35,853 nucleotides of DNA from IMG/VR virus record IMGVR_UViG_3300023296_000005. One strand, written 5' to 3'. Made by a program: the position numbers and the translations under genes. This document shows positions 31,882 through 35,853 of this stretch, in pieces (positions within the stretch are counted from its first letter, which is position 1; the number at the start of each line of letters is the position of its first letter). This DNA comes from a virus. Under the pieces are notes generated by a model. That model made no database searches. It was not told the DNA's origin and was given only the letters and a program-made list of their open reading frames with translations.

Positions 31882-32666
31882 GTATAATAAAACTATCTGA
31901 TTCTATTAAGTTTAACGGCGTTGATATTACGTCTGTTAACGGGTGGACTACGACTGCAACAAACCCGAATAGATTTGGCAACGATGTGCAAAACTATGGC
32001 TTGTCTTATTCGGACGACACAACAACAACCTCTGCATTTTTGACACGTAAAAATATTAACATTAACGGGGTTATTGCCGTTAGTGGTCGTGAGTTGCTTG
32101 AGACATCAATTAGTGATTTGAAAAGAATAGTCAAGGGTGTTAACAAAGACTTAATCATACCAGTATCAGGAGAACAAAGGTTGTATCGTCGCGCAACAAT
32201 TGCAAACATTTCAATCATGAAAATTGCTGGCGGCTACGCAGAAATAGAACTTGAGTTTACTGTTGGCGACCCCTACAACTATAGTCAGACAAACACCGAG
32301 GTGTTAAACAGAGTCAACGCTACCAGCGGCAATCAATCTTACCCCGTAATATTTGCTGGCACTGCTAACCAATTGCCAGTCTTTACCTACACAGTTGATG
32401 CCCTTAACCCAACGCTGTCTCAGGTAGATGTAACGATTTCTAACCCAACTACTGGGGATTACATTACAATTTCACGAGCCTGGGCTGTGGCAGACGTAGC
32501 CGTTATTGATACATTAAATAGAACGGTTACTGTTAACGATGAGGCGTTTGACTTTGCCGGCAGGTTTCCAGCCTGGGAACAGGGAGCTGGGTTTATAAAC
32601 TATACTGATCAGTTTACCTCGCGTCAGTTTGACTTGAACGTGGTGTATGCAAAAAGGTATGAATAA
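31878..32666 (+). CDS. Distal tail protein (Dit)
   Basis: Position after the tape measure, and size. Confidence 0.6.
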   Translation: MSIIKLSDSIKFNGVDITSVNGWTTTATNPNRFGNDVQNYGLSYSDDTTTTSAFLTRKNININGVIAVSGRELLETSISDLKRIVKGVNKDLIIPVSGEQRLYRRATIANISIMKIAGGYAEIELEFTVGDPYNYSQTNTEVLNRVNATSGNQSYPVIFAGTANQLPVFTYTVDALNPTLSQVDVTISNPTTGDYITISRAWAVADVAVIDTLNRTVTVNDEAFDFAGRFPAWEQGAGFINYTDQFTSRQFDLNVVYAKRYE

Positions 32667-34384
32667 TGACCCTGTTCGCTCAAAACAAAACCTATATTTA
32701 TAAGCACTACTCGCAAGGTGTTTTTATAGGGTTACTAGAGCCATATAACCCTCTTTTCTTTTCAACCGCTATTAACACGGCTGCATCAGAACTTATATTG
32801 GATTTGCCCATTGACATTGAGGCAATTAACGCAACTATTGAAACGGACAATCTTATTACAGACGATGACGAGGAGATTGTAACCAAAACAGGTGATGCAA
32901 TTATCTTTGATTCAACAAACATTATAACTGGCGTGCCCGGCCTAAGCGATGACATAGAGGTGTGGGAATACTCAACCGACTACCCCAACGGTATAAGAAT
33001 ATATAACGGGCTTGTCTCTGGCTGGTCTGCTGACTATTCCGACAACACCGTATCTATAACTGCCCTGAGTTATGGCATACAGCTAGACAACTACCTTGTA
33101 CAAATCTTACCGCAGTCTGTTGTCGCAGAACAGTTGCTAGAAGATGCGGAATACACTGTTTACGGTCCTGCTAAGCCTTTATACGATAGGCTTACAGCCG
33201 TCAATCAAACTTTTACCGTAGGCGTAGACACAGACGTAGAGGGGGTGTACTTAAACATACGCAGAAAGCCCGGCGGTCCAAGTGGCAGTATCACAGCGCG
33301 CTTGAGCATTATTGAGGGTTTACCAACTAGCCCTAGCGCAACCCTTGTAACAAGAGATGTAGTTGTTTCTGACGAAGATCTTGGACTTGTGTTTTTTCAA
33401 TTTACATCAGCAGTTGATTTAATAGGTGGTGCAAATTATCACATTAGTATAACAAGCCCTAACGGCAGTAACTACAGCGCAACCAACCTTTTGGGCGTTG
33501 CCTATAACTCAACTTTAAACTATCCAGACGGACAAGTATACTTAGAAAACGAAACAAGTGGGTTCACAACACCTGGCACAGACATATACTTTCAGATCGT
33601 AAGCCTTAGTGGTGCAGCTGGTAACAATTTCACGTCAGTAGATCCGAGCGCTATAGTTAGGGATTTATTAGATACTCTTACGGCACTTGGTGGCAAACTA
33701 ACATATACAGAAACATCAATAGCAAACACTGGACTAACGGTAAGCTATAAGTTTAAGTTCAATACCTTGTATGAGGCACTAAATAAATGCGTAGAACTTG
33801 CGCCAGCCAACTGGTATTTTTACATTGACCCAGGAACTAACGTTGTGTACTTTCAACCAAAACCCAGCGCAAAAACTCTTAGCTTTACACGTGGTAAGGT
33901 AATTGGTCCTGTAATTGGGCAAACACTTGAAAACTTAAAAAATAAAGTATATTTTAGCGGTGGTATTACTGAAGGTGGTACAAACTTACTTGTAAATAAT
34001 TCAAAAGAAAACAGTATTGCTAAGTATGGTCAATGGCTGCAATTGCCAACTGATAACAGGGTAACTGTTCTTGACACAGCAAACAGCGTGGTTAGCGCAA
34101 TATTAAACGAAAAGAGCCGACCTCGCTTTGCGGCTAAAAAGGTTACTGTAGTAGATAATCAGTACGACTTAAACGCATTTGTGCCTGGCAACCTAGTAGG
34201 CTTTAACGGGTACAATGATATTGTTAATAACCTAGAACTGCAAATAATGTCAAAAAACAGGTTTGACAACAGAGCATTTGTTATGCTCGAGGTGTTGCCG
34301 CCGACACCAGCTAAAAGGGTTGAAGAATTAAAACGCAACCTTTTGCAACAACAAACAGAAAATAATCCAGATCTTGGAACATAA
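32666..34384 (+). CDS. Tail-associated protein (Tal-like / baseplate hub)
   Basis: Position after Dit. 572 aa. Confidence 0.55.
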   Translation: MTLFAQNKTYIYKHYSQGVFIGLLEPYNPLFFSTAINTAASELILDLPIDIEAINATIETDNLITDDDEEIVTKTGDAIIFDSTNIITGVPGLSDDIEVWEYSTDYPNGIRIYNGLVSGWSADYSDNTVSITALSYGIQLDNYLVQILPQSVVAEQLLEDAEYTVYGPAKPLYDRLTAVNQTFTVGVDTDVEGVYLNIRRKPGGPSGSITARLSIIEGLPTSPSATLVTRDVVVSDEDLGLVFFQFTSAVDLIGGANYHISITSPNGSNYSATNLLGVAYNSTLNYPDGQVYLENETSGFTTPGTDIYFQIVSLSGAAGNNFTSVDPSAIVRDLLDTLTALGGKLTYTETSIANTGLTVSYKFKFNTLYEALNKCVELAPANWYFYIDPGTNVVYFQPKPSAKTLSFTRGKVIGPVIGQTLENLKNKVYFSGGITEGGTNLLVNNSKENSIAKYGQWLQLPTDNRVTVLDTANSVVSAILNEKSRPRFAAKKVTVVDNQYDLNAFVPGNLVGFNGYNDIVNNLELQIMSKNRFDNRAFVMLEVLPPTPAKRVEELKRNLLQQQTENNPDLGT

Positions 34385-34404
34385 GTGTTATAATAAGGAG
34401 CATC

Positions 34405-35013
34405 ATGGCAGATAAAGAAATTAAGCAATTAACAGAAGAAACAACACCAGAAACCGGTGATTTCTACATAATGCAAAAAGTATCCAATGATGACACCGTG
34501 AAAGTTGATGCAGATAACGTATTGCCAGTTAACAGCGTAACCACGGCTAAGATTTTAGATGCAAACGTGACCACTGCTAAACTAGCAGACGGTTCAGTCA
34601 CAACAGACAAAACATATGTAAAAACAGTATATGCAACCTGGACTCCGTCGGGGAACAGCGATGCTACAAGTGGTGGTTTTGCTGATTATGGTTCTGGAAC
34701 TGTATCGGTTACTGTACCGACATGGGCAACAAAAGTTATTGTTTCTACATCTATTTTTGGTACATACCAAATTACTAGTACATCAGAAACAGATTTGAAA
34801 ATTGTCTTTGGTAGTGTTAGTGGCGTAACAGTACACAAGTATTCACTTGTAGCTTCGCAAGCCAACGACTGCGCATGGAGTGAAGAACTTACATTAAGCG
34901 GCACAGGTTCACAGACATTAAAGGTTCAGGCTCGCAGGACTTCTGGTACTGGCGCTATGCGTACGCCAACAAACGCCTTATTCAGTTTTGTAATAACATT
35001 TGCCGCAGTATAA
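34405..35013 (+). CDS. Tail fibre / receptor-binding protein (putative)
   Basis: IKQLTEETTPETGDFYIM...VTTAKILDANVTTAKLADGSVTTDK N-terminal motif. Confidence 0.55.
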   Translation: MADKEIKQLTEETTPETGDFYIMQKVSNDDTVKVDADNVLPVNSVTTAKILDANVTTAKLADGSVTTDKTYVKTVYATWTPSGNSDATSGGFADYGSGTVSVTVPTWATKVIVSTSIFGTYQITSTSETDLKIVFGSVSGVTVHKYSLVASQANDCAWSEELTLSGTGSQTLKVQARRTSGTGAMRTPTNALFSFVITFAAV

Positions 35014-35018
35014 ATATT

Positions 35019-35435
35019 ATGGAAGACAAAGACAACAAACCCCTAACAGCCACTACAGTTCGAGAACTTGGGATTGAGATTGCTGGCTTTATCAAACTTG
35101 TTAATCACCAATTCCAAGAGTTGAACAAGACCATACGAGACCTCACCGCTGCCCATGTCGCCACTAATAACAACAAAGCCAACAAAGAAGACCTGAACGC
35201 GCTTGCCAGTGTTGTTGCAGACAAAGCTGATAAAGATGACCTCAACGCACTTGCTAAACTTGTTGCCGACAAAGCCGACAAAGAAAAAACGGCTGAACTC
35301 TTGGCCACACACAGTAGCAACATCAAGAAACTGCAAAACTCTAACACCCTCAAAATAGTCTTTATGTGGATTGTACTTGTCGCATCTGCTATTATAAATA
35401 TAGTATTAGTCTACAACCTATTTTCTGGAAGATAA
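35019..35435 (+). CDS. XhlA-like coiled-coil protein with a C-terminal TM helix (lysis accessory)
   Basis: A 48-nt tandem repeat at 35184-35279 encodes K(E/D)DLNALA..VADKAD. TM segment: IVFMWIVLVASAIINIVLVYNLF. Adjacent to the endolysin. Confidence 0.5.
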   Translation: MEDKDNKPLTATTVRELGIEIAGFIKLVNHQFQELNKTIRDLTAAHVATNNNKANKEDLNALASVVADKADKDDLNALAKLVADKADKEKTAELLATHSSNIKKLQNSNTLKIVFMWIVLVASAIINIVLVYNLFSGR

Positions 35436-35452
35436 TAAATCAAGGAGACAAT

Positions 35453-35853
35453 ATGTCACTATCACTTGAACAGTTCAAGAACAAAACAATGGGTGGCTCA
35501 TACGGCAACCCTGGTACTGGCACCTATAAAGGGCAGTGTGTATCATACGTTCGCATGTACATGGAAGAAGTGCAGGGTGTAAAAACTCGCATTGCTGGCA
35601 ACGCAGTAGACTACTGGTACAACTCTTGGGTGTTAAGCCTGTATGACCGTGTACCAAAGGGTCAAGAGCGTAACGGTGACATATTAGTATGGGGCAACGA
35701 CAACGGCAACTGGACTGGCTCGGCTGGTCATATTGCTATCCGTTACAACCCTGGTGTTATGCTAAACCAGAACTACGGCAACTCACTAAAGGTATCAATC
35801 AACGGCTTCTTTGCACCTGGATACCTCGGTGCATTACGGCTCAAGGCTCCTGC
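35453..35853 (+). CDS. Endolysin, 5' portion: CHAP amidase/peptidase domain. The CDS wraps to 587 and is 286 aa in total
   Basis: RBS AAGGAGA. GQCVSYVRMY (catalytic Cys) and GHIAIRY (His). Runs off the window end into the 127-nt overlap. Confidence 0.85.
   Translation, partial: MSLSLEQFKNKTMGGSYGNPGTGTYKGQCVSYVRMYMEEVQGVKTRIAGNAVDYWYNSWVLSLYDRVPKGQERNGDILVWGNDNGNWTGSAGHIAIRYNPGVMLNQNYGNSLKVSINGFFAPGYLGALRLKAP
35727..35853. repeat. Second copy of the terminal overlap (identical to 1-127)
   Basis: Direct comparison. Confidence 0.95.

Noticed and set aside
1-35853. CRISPR arrays, rRNA genes, transposase/IS elements and an integrase/attP site
   Set aside because: I found no regularly spaced repeat-spacer arrays, rRNA-like sequences, DDE or tyrosine/serine recombinase motifs. 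The only mobile elements seen are the intein and the HNH genes.

Overview
The window is a complete, circularly closed dsDNA phage genome of siphovirus type. Bases 1-127 are identical to 35727-35853, so the unique length is 35726 bp. Every convincing gene is on the + strand, and many neighbouring genes overlap as ATGA or TAATG. All calls below come from reading motifs by eye; no database search was run.

Gene order:
- Lysis cassette, which wraps the contig ends: XhlA-like protein, CHAP endolysin, r1t-like holin.
- Early genes, including a large N6/N4 DNA methyltransferase invaded by mobile elements.
- A 1.1-kb non-coding hub dense in promoters, terminators and hairpins.
- Recombination module: Rad52-like annealase, YqaJ exonuclease, small SSB-like protein, NinG.
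- A frameshifted membrane-anchored lysozyme-like gene.
- A second SPPY methyltransferase, then many small ORFs, YopX and a fourth HNH gene.
- A translationally coupled glycosyltransferase operon with four predicted transferases.
- Late genes: TerS, TerL, portal-MuF fusion, Com-like zinc ribbon, prohead protease, HK97-type capsid protein, tube-like protein, connectors, chaperones, tape measure, Dit, Tal and fibre.

The RBS style (AAGGAG), extended -10 promoters and the lysis genes suggest a Gram-positive-type host. That is inference only.

The most unusual region is the methyltransferase locus at 3157-6504:
- An intein sits precisely in the WVYG/SGFPKS motif.
- A free-standing HNH gene splits the methyltransferase into two ORFs.
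- Two further HNH genes are encoded out of frame inside the host coding sequence, and the host frame stays stop-free across both.

I did not recognise an integrase, repressor, DNA polymerase, primase, tRNA or CRISPR array.
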